A model generated the notes under the pieces. That model was given only the letters and a program-made list of their open reading frames with translations. It was not told the origin of the DNA and searched no databases. A program made the position numbers and the translations under genes. Shown here in pieces: positions 10,670 through 21,160 of a DNA stretch of 64,000 nucleotides. The stretch comes from a virus. The stretch covers positions 1-64,000 of IMG/VR virus record IMGVR_UViG_3300045996_001561; one strand, given 5' to 3'. How positions within the stretch are numbered: the first letter of the stretch is position 1; every line of letters starts with the position of its first letter.

Positions 10670-11206
10670 CTACGCGATGGCCGTTAGGGTCGCGTAGTTC
10701 TGCCGCTTGAGCAGCATGCCTGAGCCGTTGGCAATCGCCTCAAACTCAAACTCAGGCGTCGACCACTCGTCGATGGTCAGCGTCTCGTTCGGGCCTCCCG
10801 TCACGAGCGCCTTGTAGATGGTAATCCGATAGGCTGATCCGTTCGCGTCGGCCGATGCCGCCTGACCAACGATCTGGAAGTAGCGGGCAGGAGCCGCCGA
10901 TGCCTCTTCCAGGGTCGTGATCTCGGTGGCTCCGGTTCCCGATGTGGTGGTTGACCCACCGATCATCGCCGCGATGGCGGCAAGGTTGATCTTGGCAACC
11001 CGGATCGTACCGGCCACGGTCTTGGGGTTACGGACGAGAGCGATGGCCTGGTTGTCACCGCGAAGCTCGTCCGAGTCGGATTCCACCGACCACTCTAGGG
11101 ACTGCGCCCCCGGAACGTCGACCTTGGTGCCGGGGGTGCCTGCGGCATCCAGCACATAGACTGCAAGGTCGTCTAATCCTCGGGGGATCTCACCAAAGTT
11201 CGGCAT
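10670..11206 (-). CDS. Major tail tube protein
   Basis: 178 aa beta-rich protein (ELRGDNQAIA, YFQIVGQA, ITIYKA, FEFEAI) in the canonical position before chaperones and TMP. Confidence 0.75.
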   Translation of the reverse strand: MPNFGEIPRGLDDLAVYVLDAAGTPGTKVDVPGAQSLEWSVESDSDELRGDNQAIALVRNPKTVAGTIRVAKINLAAIAAMIGGSTTTSGTGATEITTLEEASAAPARYFQIVGQAASADANGSAYRITIYKALVTGGPNETLTIDEWSTPEFEFEAIANGSGMLLKRQNYATLTAIA

Positions 11207-11212
11207 GATCGC

Positions 11213-12244
11213 TTACCCTTTCTGCTCCGCACTGCGCGGAACGAACTCGGTTTGATCTTTCAGCACCTTGCGTGCCCAAAGATCAATAACGATGTAAGCG
11301 CGTCCCCGGTCTTTGCAGTCCCGGCTGCGGTCGCGGATGCGCAGGAAGCGGGGAGGGTTCCCCAGCAGCGCAAACCGCACCGACTCGCGTTTCTTACCCG
11401 ACTCGAAATGAGTCCACCCACTTCGGCTATCGGTAGACATCGACGAGGTTCCCCTCGATGGGTTCCCCGACCTCTAGGATACGCGGATCCGGACGAATGA
11501 TCCCCTCATCCTCGATCCCCGGCCACCAGCGTCGGAACTGATGCCCCGAACCCGGGTCGCCCAGGATGATATCCACATCCTCGTCGTCCACAGGTGTCAC
11601 GAACGTGTCTGGCCCCCACGTGTAGGCGCGAGACAGACCCGGAAAGTAATCCGGATCGACCACGCGCTTCGTGATGCCCTTGACCCGTTGCGTCCGCTGG
11701 ATATCGGCCGAGCGCACGACCGTTGCCGCCATCGGATGGATCTCGCCCATCTGAATGCGGAACTTCGTGACCTCGTCGAGAACCTCGGGGTCGCCCACCC
11801 ACTCGATGTCCACCGTTGCCATGCCCGCTCTCCGGTTTAGGTGGTGGCTCTTGCCCCGCCACCCGTACGGGTCGCCGTGCCACCTGTGGTGGCCCCAGCG
11901 CCGCCACCTGTGTCGGCCCGGTCACCCGCTGCCGATGCGACAGCGCTCGTTGCACCCCCGGCCTCAGCCACTTCGGCCAGGGTCACGGGTCGGGCGATCT
12001 TGAACTCGTCGGGCTGGTCGCGCATCTCCACCTGACCTGTTGCCAGATTGGTCACGATGCGACCGTCCCAGGAGACGCTCAACTCGCCATTCGCCACTGC
12101 CAGTTCCTCGTCGGTCGCCTTGTAGACATCGGGATCCCTGTCGGGATTGAACGTCCACCCGGCCGGAAGCTGCTCTCCCCGGCCGAGGCGTGCCCGCATC
12201 TCCGCGACCTCCGACGTGTCCTTGTCGGCGTCTCGCTTCGCCAT
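11213..12244 (-). CDS. Three small hypothetical virion-operon genes (11837-12244, 11427-11822, 11213-11440)
   Basis: Tightly packed ORFs with SD sequences in the late operon; no recognisable motif. Confidence 0.55.
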
Positions 12245-12256
12245 GATCTCGACCTC

Positions 12257-12745
12257 CTAAACGGCGGGACGCACGAACGTCCCCTGAATCCGCCAGATCG
12301 TGAACACACGACCCGCATAGCCAAAGTCATCGCCGTCTCTGATGGGTTGACGCTCAAGGATGACGAACTGTATGCCACTGCCGTTCGGGTGCGGGTAGGA
12401 GACTCCGCGCCGAAATCTGGCGTGCAATCGCTCGTCAAGCAGCTTGATCGCGTCAATGCCAGTCGGGGTATCGATGACCCAGCCATACACCAGCGGGAAA
12501 CCCACAAACCCGTTTAGGGCAGCACCGCCTGGAGAAGGGTCATCACCCCCGTCAATGACGGAGATCGTATTTTTCAGTTTACCAGACTGCGTCGGACTCT
12601 CTGCCGACGTGTAGAACGCCTGGGGTGTCGACCCCGGGCCAGTTCCGATTTTGGGAAGCTGGGTCAGCACGCCCCCGTTGAATGGCGTGGGTGTGAGCGT
12701 CTCCGGTGGGCTTGCCAAAACATCAGCAATGATGGTGTGCAGCAT
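12257..12745 (-). CDS. Putative tail terminator/completion protein
   Basis: Size and synteny (after gp10-like gene, before tail tube). Confidence 0.45.
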   Translation of the reverse strand: MLHTIIADVLASPPETLTPTPFNGGVLTQLPKIGTGPGSTPQAFYTSAESPTQSGKLKNTISVIDGGDDPSPGGAALNGFVGFPLVYGWVIDTPTGIDAIKLLDERLHARFRRGVSYPHPNGSGIQFVILERQPIRDGDDFGYAGRVFTIWRIQGTFVRPAV

Positions 12746-13143
12746 TATCCGGATCCCGCGATATCGTCCATGATCTGCCGCGTCTTGCCGTAGTGTGCCT
12801 CCAGGGCCGGGCGAATAATGGGATAAGGCGACATGAAGCGCGTCCCAAGCTCTAGAAACGGGCCATAGAACACGGTGTGGAAGGCCGAGAGGGTGACGGC
12901 TCCCTTCCCCGTGATATTGGCGTTCGAACTGAGACCATTCCGCGCATCCGTCGTCCGGTCAGTCCAGGGCGCATTGTCTTTCATGTAGGAGAGCAGTTCA
13001 TCCCGCAACGCACTCATGCGGCCGAGAAGCTCAGGCTCCATCGCATCGGCCCGCCGCTTGCACTCCGCAGACATGCCGGACGGCGGACGAATCCAGATGA
13101 AGCTGACCATGCCCGCACGGCCAACGCCCTGTCTTATCGGCAT
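12745..13143 (-). CDS. HK97-gp10-like neck/tail completion protein
   Basis: Motifs NAPWTDRT...ARNGL, YGPFLELGTRFM and PIIRPAL, typical of this family. Confidence 0.75.
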   Translation of the reverse strand: MPIRQGVGRAGMVSFIWIRPPSGMSAECKRRADAMEPELLGRMSALRDELLSYMKDNAPWTDRTTDARNGLSSNANITGKGAVTLSAFHTVFYGPFLELGTRFMSPYPIIRPALEAHYGKTRQIMDDIAGSG

Positions 13144-13298
13144 GATCGTCGCACCACCACGTTGTAGACCTCGTATCCACGATCATTGCGCGCCCGTCGC
13201 ATGCGGTGAGCAATCCGGATCCGACGCTTCCGCATGCGCTCGACCTCTCGCAGACCCCTGATGATCTTCACGCGGTCGATGGCGTCGTAGTCGCTCAC
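13134..13298 (-). CDS. Small basic hypothetical protein (54 aa, not in ORF track)
   Basis: GTG overlaps the upstream stop; reads MSDYDAIDRVKIIRGLREVERMRKRRIRIAHRMRRAR...; fills the gap in the operon. Confidence 0.4.
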   Translation of the reverse strand: MSDYDAIDRVKIIRGLREVERMRKRRIRIAHRMRRARNDRGYEVYNVVVRRSCR

Positions 13299-13939
13299 TA
13301 CGTTCCCTCGCCAATATTGGTGCTAAAGATGGCCTCGCGCCGATCGGTTGGATCGGGCGGAACCCACGTCACAATCGCATCGACGCCACCGAGGAAGAAG
13401 CTATCCCCCTGCTGGACGTCAAGCTGCTCGTTCCCCGTGGGGGAGAAGATCCACCCGAACTGCCGAACGGCCACACCACCGAGGCGGTCGGGCTGGTTGC
13501 GACTCCATGCCACCTGTACCAGTTGTGGCGGGAGAATCTCCCAATCCTGAATATCGTGCCGCCATCGCCGCAGGGTGATGAACTGCGCCCCCACGGCCGA
13601 GATGGGTCGTGCGGCCATTGCCCGCTTGAATGAGGCGTAGGTTTCGCTGAGATTGCCGCCACCGACCGTCCACACGTTGCCTCGCGCATGGACGCGGTCA
13701 CCAATACGAATCGGCGTCGAGAGATCCATATGGATCTCCACGAACTCGACCGTCGCGGCCGAGGCGTCGGTCGGGTCGGCAGGCGTGGATGGGGTGATAC
13801 GGTGGTGGATGGCGCAGCGCACCTGACCGATCTGCTTCCATCCGTACCCATCGTTCCGATAGATATCAGCCATGTCCCGAAAGGAGGCCGAGGCAAGCCC
13901 CTGCATCAGTCGGGTCGGCCAGGGGTTGATCGCTCTCAT
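13298..13939 (-). CDS. Head closure / head-tail joining protein
   Basis: Synteny; two IRIGDRV/VQQGDSF-type beta motifs suggest a duplicated stopper-like domain. Confidence 0.5.
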   Translation of the reverse strand: MRAINPWPTRLMQGLASASFRDMADIYRNDGYGWKQIGQVRCAIHHRITPSTPADPTDASAATVEFVEIHMDLSTPIRIGDRVHARGNVWTVGGGNLSETYASFKRAMAARPISAVGAQFITLRRWRHDIQDWEILPPQLVQVAWSRNQPDRLGGVAVRQFGWIFSPTGNEQLDVQQGDSFFLGGVDAIVTWVPPDPTDRREAIFSTNIGEGT

Positions 13940-14358
13940 CCCCGCTGCCCGGAGACGGTCGTAATGAAGATGGGTGCGGTTACCGCGATATCAGGGGCGA
14001 GACTCGGGAGGTAGGCCAGAACGTGGCTAAAGGCGTCGTTCTGCAATCGTGCCGACCGAGTTGTGGGATCTTCCGCATAGAGGAACGTTGCCGAGTGACC
14101 GGCCATATTCGCCTGTCGCGTTTGCGGTACCACCACGGAGAGGTACGATGCCGTCTGCAGGACGATCGCCTCATGCACATGCTCCAGTTCCGCTCCCACG
14201 CGCGTGGGAGCCAATGGATCGAGTGCCGTAATCCAGGCTTCCGCCCTCCCGAGATAGATCGACGACGCGATCACTTCTGCTGGCAACGCTTCCGGTGCCA
14301 GCATCGGATCGACGGCTGCCCGAATGTCGTCGTACCGCTCGGGAGGGAGGATCGCCAT
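13936..14358 (-). CDS. Head-to-tail adaptor
   Basis: 140 aa helical protein after the capsid genes (YLGRAEAWI, EAIVLQTASYL). Confidence 0.55.
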   Translation of the reverse strand: MAILPPERYDDIRAAVDPMLAPEALPAEVIASSIYLGRAEAWITALDPLAPTRVGAELEHVHEAIVLQTASYLSVVVPQTRQANMAGHSATFLYAEDPTTRSARLQNDAFSHVLAYLPSLAPDIAVTAPIFITTVSGQRG

Positions 14359-14360
14359 GA

Positions 14361-14843
14361 CTACCCCTTGGCTGCCGCCTTGTCGGCCTCAGCCTGCGCC
14401 TTCTGCGCGTTCGCCTCGTTCTGCTCCTGGGCAACCCGAAGCTGCTCCCGAACCTCGGCAAGCTGGACGGAAAGCTCGTCCTGCTGCCGCGAGATCTTGT
14501 CGTAGTCACCCTGGAAGGAAATCTCCCCCCGGGTCGGCATTGCGCCCTCACCGACCACAAGCGGGGCTTCGACGCGCGGCGTACCGTCGATCTTCTGCTG
14601 GGCCATCTCGTCGGCCCGCTTGATCTCGTCCTTGTCTGCGTCATCGGCCTCTTCCAGCCAATTCTCCCGCAGACGTGACATCACGTACGCCGTACGACCA
14701 ACCTTTGCTACCAGATCGCCCGCCACGATCACCGATCCACCCGGGTGCAGGGGGTCGATTTCGTGCAGGGCAACCCGGTTATCGTCGAGGGCAGAACGGA
14801 CGTAGAGGAACTCCCGGTCGTCCTGCGCCGCCTTCTTCGCCAT
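14361..14843 (-). CDS. Hypothetical capsid-operon protein with C-terminal coiled coil
   Basis: AAGGAG SD; immediately after the MCP. Confidence 0.55.
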   Translation of the reverse strand: MAKKAAQDDREFLYVRSALDDNRVALHEIDPLHPGGSVIVAGDLVAKVGRTAYVMSRLRENWLEEADDADKDEIKRADEMAQQKIDGTPRVEAPLVVGEGAMPTRGEISFQGDYDKISRQQDELSVQLAEVREQLRVAQEQNEANAQKAQAEADKAAAKG

Positions 14844-14875
14844 GATTGCTCTCCTTACACCGCGATAGGTGTCAA

Positions 14876-14902
14876 GAACGGGGGAACGTCGTCCCCCCGT
14901 TC
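14876..14902 (-). terminator. Stem-loop after major capsid gene
   Basis: GAACGGGGG-loop-CCCCCGTTC immediately after the MCP stop. Confidence 0.55.
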
Positions 14903-14903
14903 G

Positions 14904-16130
14904 TTAGGCCATCGTCCAGGTCTTGTTAGCGTTCTGGTCGAGAAGGGCAAAGCCGTCGTTCTCGGTGAACACCATCAATTCCGTCTGCCGCTCGATGAAC
15001 CGGGTCGTCTCCTGAATATCGGATCCCGCCTCGGTGATGCGCTCCAGCGCCCAACGCGCGTCGATACCGAGGTAGACGCCAGCGCCGACCGCATCTGTCT
15101 GGCCCAGCAGCACGCGGGCACCGTAGCGGTTCTGCATCGGTACCAGGGCACCAAAGCCATTCTCGTCCTGCACGGAGATCAGGAGCGGGTTGGCATTCGG
15201 CATGGCCAGCAACTGCAGATTGGTCAGTTCCGCCTCGCGGGCGAAGATGTGCGTCAGGACGTAGGGATCCTTGAACTTCGCCTTGAAGGCCAGGAGTCCC
15301 TTGATCGTGGGCACCGCGCCGGTGTCCAGCGTCGACTGGTTGAAGTTGTCGGCCGAGGTTCCCACGTTGCCGTCGCCGTTCAGGAGAACGTCAATGGCCT
15401 GAGCAACCCGGTCGGCCTCAACCTGCAACGCCGCCTTGGCGACGAAGATCCCGACCTTGTCGATGGGCACGCGCCGGATCGCCTCGTAGGAGATCTCGAT
15501 GCCCCGCCCATACTTGTAGAGCCGAACCAGTTGTTCGCTGGTTTCGATCTTCGCCCGAGGAATATCGGCCGTCTCACCGATACGCAGCAGGCGCACGTCC
15601 GCAGCAGCGGGGTCGTTGAGATAGGCGCGTCGGTAGACGTCGCCATCGATCTGGCTCTGGAAGGCCAGGAGATCGGAGAGCGCGATCCCCGGGGTCAGCG
15701 TCTGGGAGTACAACCCCCCGGAGGCTTCCACGTAGGGGCGCTGCAGCGACCCGATGACCGACTCACCCGACTCGATCACGCGGCGCTGTGGTACCTGTGG
15801 GACGTACCCATCGGCCCGCGCCTCACGATAGACCCGGTTCATCCACTCCGGAAGGAGGGCGCGACCCGTGTCATCCTCGTAGATATCCTCAACCCGGTCG
15901 GCCCAGATGCCTTCCCGGGGTGAGCTGCGGAAGCGGAACCCTGACGCCTGCAGCACGCGGCCAAAGGCGTTGAGCTTGCGATCCTCACCATCCCACTGAT
16001 GCGAGGGATCCTCGTCCTCAAGGAATTGGGTGAGGGTCTTTTTCTCGGTTGCCGCCTCACGGTAATAGACCGGGAGGTTCTTCAGAATCTCTCCGGGCCG
16101 CTCCCGAAAGTTGGAAACGTTCAGTCTCAT
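14904..16130 (-). CDS. Major capsid protein (HK97 fold)
   Basis: 408 aa with RIGETADIP, KYGRGIEISYEAIRR and VLLNGDGN motifs typical of HK97-type MCPs; synteny. Confidence 0.88.
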   Translation of the reverse strand: MRLNVSNFRERPGEILKNLPVYYREAATEKKTLTQFLEDEDPSHQWDGEDRKLNAFGRVLQASGFRFRSSPREGIWADRVEDIYEDDTGRALLPEWMNRVYREARADGYVPQVPQRRVIESGESVIGSLQRPYVEASGGLYSQTLTPGIALSDLLAFQSQIDGDVYRRAYLNDPAAADVRLLRIGETADIPRAKIETSEQLVRLYKYGRGIEISYEAIRRVPIDKVGIFVAKAALQVEADRVAQAIDVLLNGDGNVGTSADNFNQSTLDTGAVPTIKGLLAFKAKFKDPYVLTHIFAREAELTNLQLLAMPNANPLLISVQDENGFGALVPMQNRYGARVLLGQTDAVGAGVYLGIDARWALERITEAGSDIQETTRFIERQTELMVFTENDGFALLDQNANKTWTMA

Positions 16131-16178
16131 GATGTAGCCCTCCGCGACTCGCGGTCGCGCCGTTAGCCCTTCAGGCTC

Positions 16179-16622
16179 TTATGCGCCGAGGTAGACGCTG
16201 ATCGCGGTCGACACCGCGTCATCCTCAACCCGGTGCCGACCGGCCAGCGCCGTGGTGCCGGATGTGCCAGCAGCGGGGCCAATGTAGCCACGCGCCGAGG
16301 CAGGCCCAAGCGCGCCCACGATGCGATCGCCGCGCACGACGTCAACCGCGTCACCCTGGGGGAGCTTGCACTCGCCCTCGGTCTGGACAACCACGGAGCC
16401 GTCGCCCTCGACGTGATCGAGGCGTCCGAGGATGGCCTGCCCTGCGGCCGACAGTTCCACGGCATCCTGCGTCCCGACAACGTGCGACACGGCACGACCG
16501 GCAACGGCCGATCCATTGGCTGCCGTGGCGTCAAAAACAATCGTCGACCCATCGGCCTTGAAGGTTTCGGCGCGATAGCCAATCCCGTCCCGAGGGCCAG
16601 TGATCAATCTCGGATTCGCCAT
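16179..16622 (-). CDS. Capsid decoration/cement protein
   Basis: Small Gly/Ala/Val-rich beta protein between protease and MCP. Confidence 0.6.
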   Translation of the reverse strand: MANPRLITGPRDGIGYRAETFKADGSTIVFDATAANGSAVAGRAVSHVVGTQDAVELSAAGQAILGRLDHVEGDGSVVVQTEGECKLPQGDAVDVVRGDRIVGALGPASARGYIGPAAGTSGTTALAGRHRVEDDAVSTAISVYLGA

Positions 16623-16656
16623 GATGGTACTCCCTCACACCCGGAAACCGGGGTGT

Positions 16657-18141
16657 CTATCCGATCAGGTGGGCGGGCGTGCGTCCGCGCTTGCGGGCCG
16701 GTCGATCGGCAGGCGTCTCTGGCTCTTCCTCGCTCGTGACCACATCGCGCGTGGCGCGACCGGCCTCAAAGGGGGAACGCTCGTCCAGATCCGCAATCAT
16801 GCGCTTGACGCCGTCGATATCCTCAACGGCCGCATAGCGCCGAAACCGCTTCTGCTCCGCTTCCGCCGCATGTGCGCCGTAGACGCGCACGACTGCCGCG
16901 TCGAGGTCTTTGAGCAACCCCTCGCGGAAGTCCCGCCCATCCTTGGCCTCGCGCTCAAGACTCTCCAACCGCTCGTTCTGCTCCAGAACGGAGGTTGCGA
17001 GAGACTCGATGCACTCGTAGGGATCCTCGCCAAGCTCGATCCCCTTGTCGCGGAACGAGACCCGGAGCCGCTCCATCGGATCCTGCTCGACCGCCGAGGA
17101 CGCCTTTGCGCGATCCTCCCGACTGAGATTGATGACCGTGGCCCGCTTGGTGACCGGAGCCGGGTTCGCTCCCTCACCCTGGTCGGCACCCCGCTCTTCA
17201 GCGTTCGGCTCGACAACCTCGGCCTCGGTATCATCGACAACGGTCGCCTTGGTGGTTCGTGCGCTCATGATGTTGAGATCCCTTTCCACCGCGTAGACGC
17301 GGCCCTCCGGTGCGATCCGCACCCGATACGTGTTCTCAAGGATTTGGCGATCCAGATCCGATAGCTCGCCTCGGGCTGAGGCAATACGGGCCATGTCAAC
17401 AGCGACGATCCCCGCCCCCGGGGTCGCGCCGTCATAGACCGTCGAGACCTCGTTGAGGTGACCCTCGTCGATGCGGAAGATGGCAGTGATCTTCTCGACC
17501 TTGCGCCCCTTCTCCACATCGTAGGTGATGCCGGGGTAGTGTGTGCAACGCTCCGGGTCATCCCAATCCAACTCCCACCGCTTCAGGAGGTCGCCGTTGC
17601 AGATGTTGCAGATCATGGCCCCGGGGGTGAATCCGATGCTGACATCGGCGTAGATCCCCGACCGCGCCCCAGCAATGAACTGGTCGCTGGTCATATTGCC
17701 ACATTGCAACCCAGGGATCGTGTAGAAGTCGATCAGGCAGGATCGCTCCTTGGCGGGGCCAATGACCTCTCCCTGCAGGGAGCGACCGAATCCCACCTGA
17801 CCGGCCTCGCCGCCCCCGAAGAAGCCGCTGGTTCCCGCGCCGTTGTGGCTGACCTGAAACTGGACGCCCGGGTCGGTCGCATCGGCCGCGTAGTTGCGAA
17901 GCGATCCGTCCGACATATAGGTGAAGTAGCTGTCGACCTTGGTGTTGCTGGCGCGCACGTTGAAGAAGAAGGGAGTGACCGCATCCTCGCCGTCAAAGAT
18001 ATCGGGATCCGGCGCGCGGCGGCGTACCAGATCCATGAGCGACTCGCGCTCTTTGGCGGTGAGCTTGCTTGCGGCCCGGACATGCAGTGCGCCATGCGCG
18101 CGGTAGACCGCGTTGTCCATTCCCGGTTCGGTTTCTGCCAT
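16657..18141 (-). CDS. Prohead protease / scaffold fusion
   Basis: N-terminal protease-like part (DVSIGF, CNIC...CTH, EVSTVYDGATPGA) and acidic coiled-coil C-terminus; GGAGG SD before ATG 18141. Confidence 0.72.
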   Translation of the reverse strand: MAETEPGMDNAVYRAHGALHVRAASKLTAKERESLMDLVRRRAPDPDIFDGEDAVTPFFFNVRASNTKVDSYFTYMSDGSLRNYAADATDPGVQFQVSHNGAGTSGFFGGGEAGQVGFGRSLQGEVIGPAKERSCLIDFYTIPGLQCGNMTSDQFIAGARSGIYADVSIGFTPGAMICNICNGDLLKRWELDWDDPERCTHYPGITYDVEKGRKVEKITAIFRIDEGHLNEVSTVYDGATPGAGIVAVDMARIASARGELSDLDRQILENTYRVRIAPEGRVYAVERDLNIMSARTTKATVVDDTEAEVVEPNAEERGADQGEGANPAPVTKRATVINLSREDRAKASSAVEQDPMERLRVSFRDKGIELGEDPYECIESLATSVLEQNERLESLEREAKDGRDFREGLLKDLDAAVVRVYGAHAAEAEQKRFRRYAAVEDIDGVKRMIADLDERSPFEAGRATRDVVTSEEEPETPADRPARKRGRTPAHLIG

Positions 18142-18337
18142 AGCAAAGCCTCCGAAATCCATGCCGGATCACGGCGGCGGCAGTCGAGTTCCGGACGAAC
18201 GCGGCATCCCGAAGGGGGAACGCTCACGTGTCTGGGGGAGCGGGTTACTCCCTCGACACCTGTCACGCCTCTAAGTGCGGGATACTAGCAGAGGATTTAT
18301 CGCGCTGTCTAGGATGCGTCGGAACGAGGACGCGGGG

Positions 18338-18883
18338 TTAGGAGCGTTTTCTGCTCCTGCGGCGCTTCTTCCTGGCCTTTCCGCCCCATACCGTCTTGAG
18401 CTTCCAGATATCGAATGGCCCGGGCGTCTCGCGCCACCCGTGGACGCACGAATCTTCGCGGCACCCGTAACAGTCCTTGATGCCGGTCAGAATGTGCATG
18501 AACTCATGGCAGGCCACGATGCGCTGGCGTCTGGGATCAAGGGGGATGGTGTCGGTAACGAGGATCTTCCCCACCCCGGGACTCAGCGTCCAAGCAAGAC
18601 CGGCATATTGGTCACCGGGGTTACCGGAGCAGGTATCGATATCCTCGGGGCACACCCCTGTTGGGTGTCGCTCGTAGACCAGCCTCGGCCCCTTGCTGGG
18701 CATGACGGCGTTGAAGTCGTCGACCACCTGGGGGATGATCCCGTTCCAGAGAACCGATGTGTAGTCCTTGACGTGGACGACCGGCCGGACGAAGGTCGTC
18801 GTTCGCTTCTTCTTCGCCTCGGCCCCCACAAAGGGGAGTGCCGCTAGGGCTGCTAGAACACGCCGTCGATCGATCACCGCCAC
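18338..18883 (-). CDS. Tat-signal zinc metallopeptidase-like protein (moron)
   Basis: DRRRVLAALAALP twin-arginine-like signal; HEFMH (HExxH) zinc motif followed by SCV; basic C-terminal tail. Confidence 0.6.
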   Translation of the reverse strand: MAVIDRRRVLAALAALPFVGAEAKKKRTTTFVRPVVHVKDYTSVLWNGIIPQVVDDFNAVMPSKGPRLVYERHPTGVCPEDIDTCSGNPGDQYAGLAWTLSPGVGKILVTDTIPLDPRRQRIVACHEFMHILTGIKDCYGCREDSCVHGWRETPGPFDIWKLKTVWGGKARKKRRRSRKRS

Positions 18884-19030
18884 CCCCGGGGTATGGCAAT
18901 GCCGCCAGGGCGATCAGTCCCAGCGGCATTGCCCGGTACAAAAGTGTGTCATCCCATGATGGTAGTAGGGCAGGAGTCGTCCGACGAGTTGCCGCTCCAC
19001 CTGACGCCTCCCAACCCGACTACGCCCATG

Positions 19031-19059
19031 ATATTACCATATGCGAGGGAGTTTGTCAA
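19031..19059 (-). promoter_or_regulatory. Sigma70/SigA-type promoter
   Basis: Minus strand TTGACA-17 nt (ending TATGG)-TAATAT. Confidence 0.7.
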
Positions 19060-19157
19060 TGGCAGGGGCGGGGCGTTCAGGTGGGATGCAGACACCCGAA
19101 CCCCCCGACACCCTTACGCACCCGGAGGTACGGCCGCTTGGGGAAACGGCGAGAAAA

Positions 19158-20558
19158 CTATAACTTGCCCTGCTGCCTCGGATCATTTCGCATGCCGACC
19201 ATCCGCATGCCAATTTCCAACCCGGTGGCATCCGGATCGAGGTCGTGGATATCGGCGTCAGGGATGGTGATCGTCTGGGCGTAGTGCTTGACGAAGGCCA
19301 GCTTGCCATCCTGCACCAGGGAACCGGCAATCACCAGGGCGACCTCGATGCCGCTGTCGGTGATGGTGGTGCCGTTAATCGCCACGCTCAGGTTGCGGGC
19401 GGGTAGGTTGCGGTTCATGTTTTCCTCCGTGCTTCATCCTCGACCCAGGTTGCCTCGTAGAACCGTCGCTCGGCCCCGGGAAACCGCCTGACAGCATAGC
19501 AACGCATCCCGATAGGGGACGCCGCCTCGGGAGAGCAGACGATCTCGACCTCGGTATTGTGGGGCGCGGGCGGGGTAAAGACCCAGGAGACGGCCGCGCC
19601 GTCACCCATGAGGGCTTTGGTCTGCCCGGGCATCACCCGTGGTGACGGCACACGCGGCCCGGGATCCCCAAAACGAAACGCCAGCGACTTCTCTTCCTCC
19701 GTGGGTCGCCGCAGGGCAATGGATCCCCACTCGTTGACCTCAGCCACAGCAACGCCGGACATATGCAGGAGGGCTGCCGCCATATTGGCAAGGTGGACGT
19801 CGACCGATGCCTGGAATGGGGTGATTTCTTCGCCCAGATCGATCGCCACCGCATCCGGGTCGGGTGGTTCGCTCATCCCTTGATCCCCATCCCTTCCTTG
19901 ACCTTTTCGTAGACCATCACCTTGTACTCTTCGGTCAGGACGCGGGCATAGTCATGCGGGATGCCGCTGTCGATAAGCTCCTTGTAGAAGGCTCCCAGCA
20001 TGCGCCCAAAGGTCACGCTGGCATCGATGGCAGCGACGGATCCGGGGTTGATGGGTGATGGGTTGGCGGCAATGGCCTGCTCGTAGGTCTTGTCGGGAAC
20101 TCCCGGGACAGCATCGCTAATCAGGGGATCCTGTTTCTTCTGGGAGTCCTTCTGCATCCGATAGTCGAACCCTGCCGTCATCTCGTCCCCCCCATCGCCA
20201 CGCGACGTGCCTGCTCCAGCAGCAAGCCCACACCCTCGATCTTCTTGAGCGACTCGTTGAGCCACTCGTCATGCTCCCCTGCGGGGATCTCGTAGATGTG
20301 CCACACGAACTCCGCACCAGCCCGCCGCTCCTGCAGCGAGTCGATGTAGCGCCCTCGCTCCGGTTCGGGGAATCCGGTACCCATGATTTTGAAGCGGCGA
20401 ATCTCCATCTCCGCTTCGGTATCGACCTTCGCCCAGATGGTCGGGGTTTCGTTCTGAATCGAGAGCTTCAGAACGATGGCCTCTTTCGGCATCTGGACGA
20501 TGGCGATGTCGTTTTCGAGGTTGAATTGCAGCGGATACTTCCAGATGGTCAGCATCAC
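19158..20558 (-). CDS. Moron block of four hypothetical genes (20178-20558, 19873-20181, 19415-19876, 19158-19418)
   Basis: Overlapping start/stop codons, own promoter at 20694-20722. The first gene has a common phage-family pattern (TIWKYPL...IWAKVD...GTG...FVWHIYE). Confidence 0.6.
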
Positions 20559-20693
20559 TCCCCCAAGCGCATGCGTAAAGCGGTGACAGGTGACGCCTGT
20601 GAAACATCCCCCGCCACCGCCCGTATCAATCTCGGGCCAATGCCCACGCCCCCGCTCCGCAGTGGCGCGTACACCGCGCCTCCGATTGTCCGT

Positions 20694-20722
20694 ACAATAC
20701 CATGATGGCAGGGATTTGTCAA
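20694..20722 (-). promoter_or_regulatory. Sigma70/SigA-type promoter
   Basis: Minus strand TTGACA-17 nt (ending ATGG)-TATTGT. Confidence 0.6.
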
Positions 20723-20838
20723 CCCCGCTTCTGGCGATCGACCCAGGTCATGATGCTGTCGTAGGATACGGCAAAGAGCCAGGAGGCGACCGCCAGTCCC
20801 AGGAGACCCCTACCAATCCAGAAGCCGACGCGCGACAT
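20719..20838 (-). CDS. 39-aa single-TM peptide (not in ORF track)
   Basis: MSRVGFWIGRGLLGLAVASWLFAVSYDSIMTWVDRQKRG; GGAG SD upstream. Confidence 0.45.
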   Translation of the reverse strand: MSRVGFWIGRGLLGLAVASWLFAVSYDSIMTWVDRQKRG

Positions 20839-21160
20839 CCTGCTCCCCATCCTTCCAGACCACATCCCGCTTCCCAATCACATCATCAGGTGGGGCGTTG
20901 GATGCCGGATTGGCGCGCGTGCGCGGCGGTGGGTTCGCCACCTTCTCGGCCCCAGCGGGTACCGGGGCCAGCGCCCGGACGTTCGGGTTCGGGTTCCGCT
21001 CGTAGACGACGGTGCCACAGGCACGACAGGTCACACGGAGAAGCCCGGGGGCGTTCTCAAACACCACCTTGGTGGGACACTTCGGGCATGGCAGGCTGTA
21101 GATCTGGCCCATCGTCGCTGCCCATCGTGCGTAAAACTGCTCCGTCGTCACCGCGCCCAT
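20810..21160 (-). CDS. Zinc-ribbon protein
   Basis: CPKC...CRAC motif; start near 21160 overlaps the portal 3' end. Confidence 0.5.
   Translation of the reverse strand: MGAVTTEQFYARWAATMGQIYSLPCPKCPTKVVFENAPGLLRVTCRACGTVVYERNPNPNVRALAPVPAGAEKVANPPPRTRANPASNAPPDDVIGKRDVVWKDGEQDVARRLLDW

Noticed and set aside
14847-14875. Promoter at the TTGACA after the capsid gene (minus strand)
   Set aside because: No -10 element at 16-18 nt spacing.
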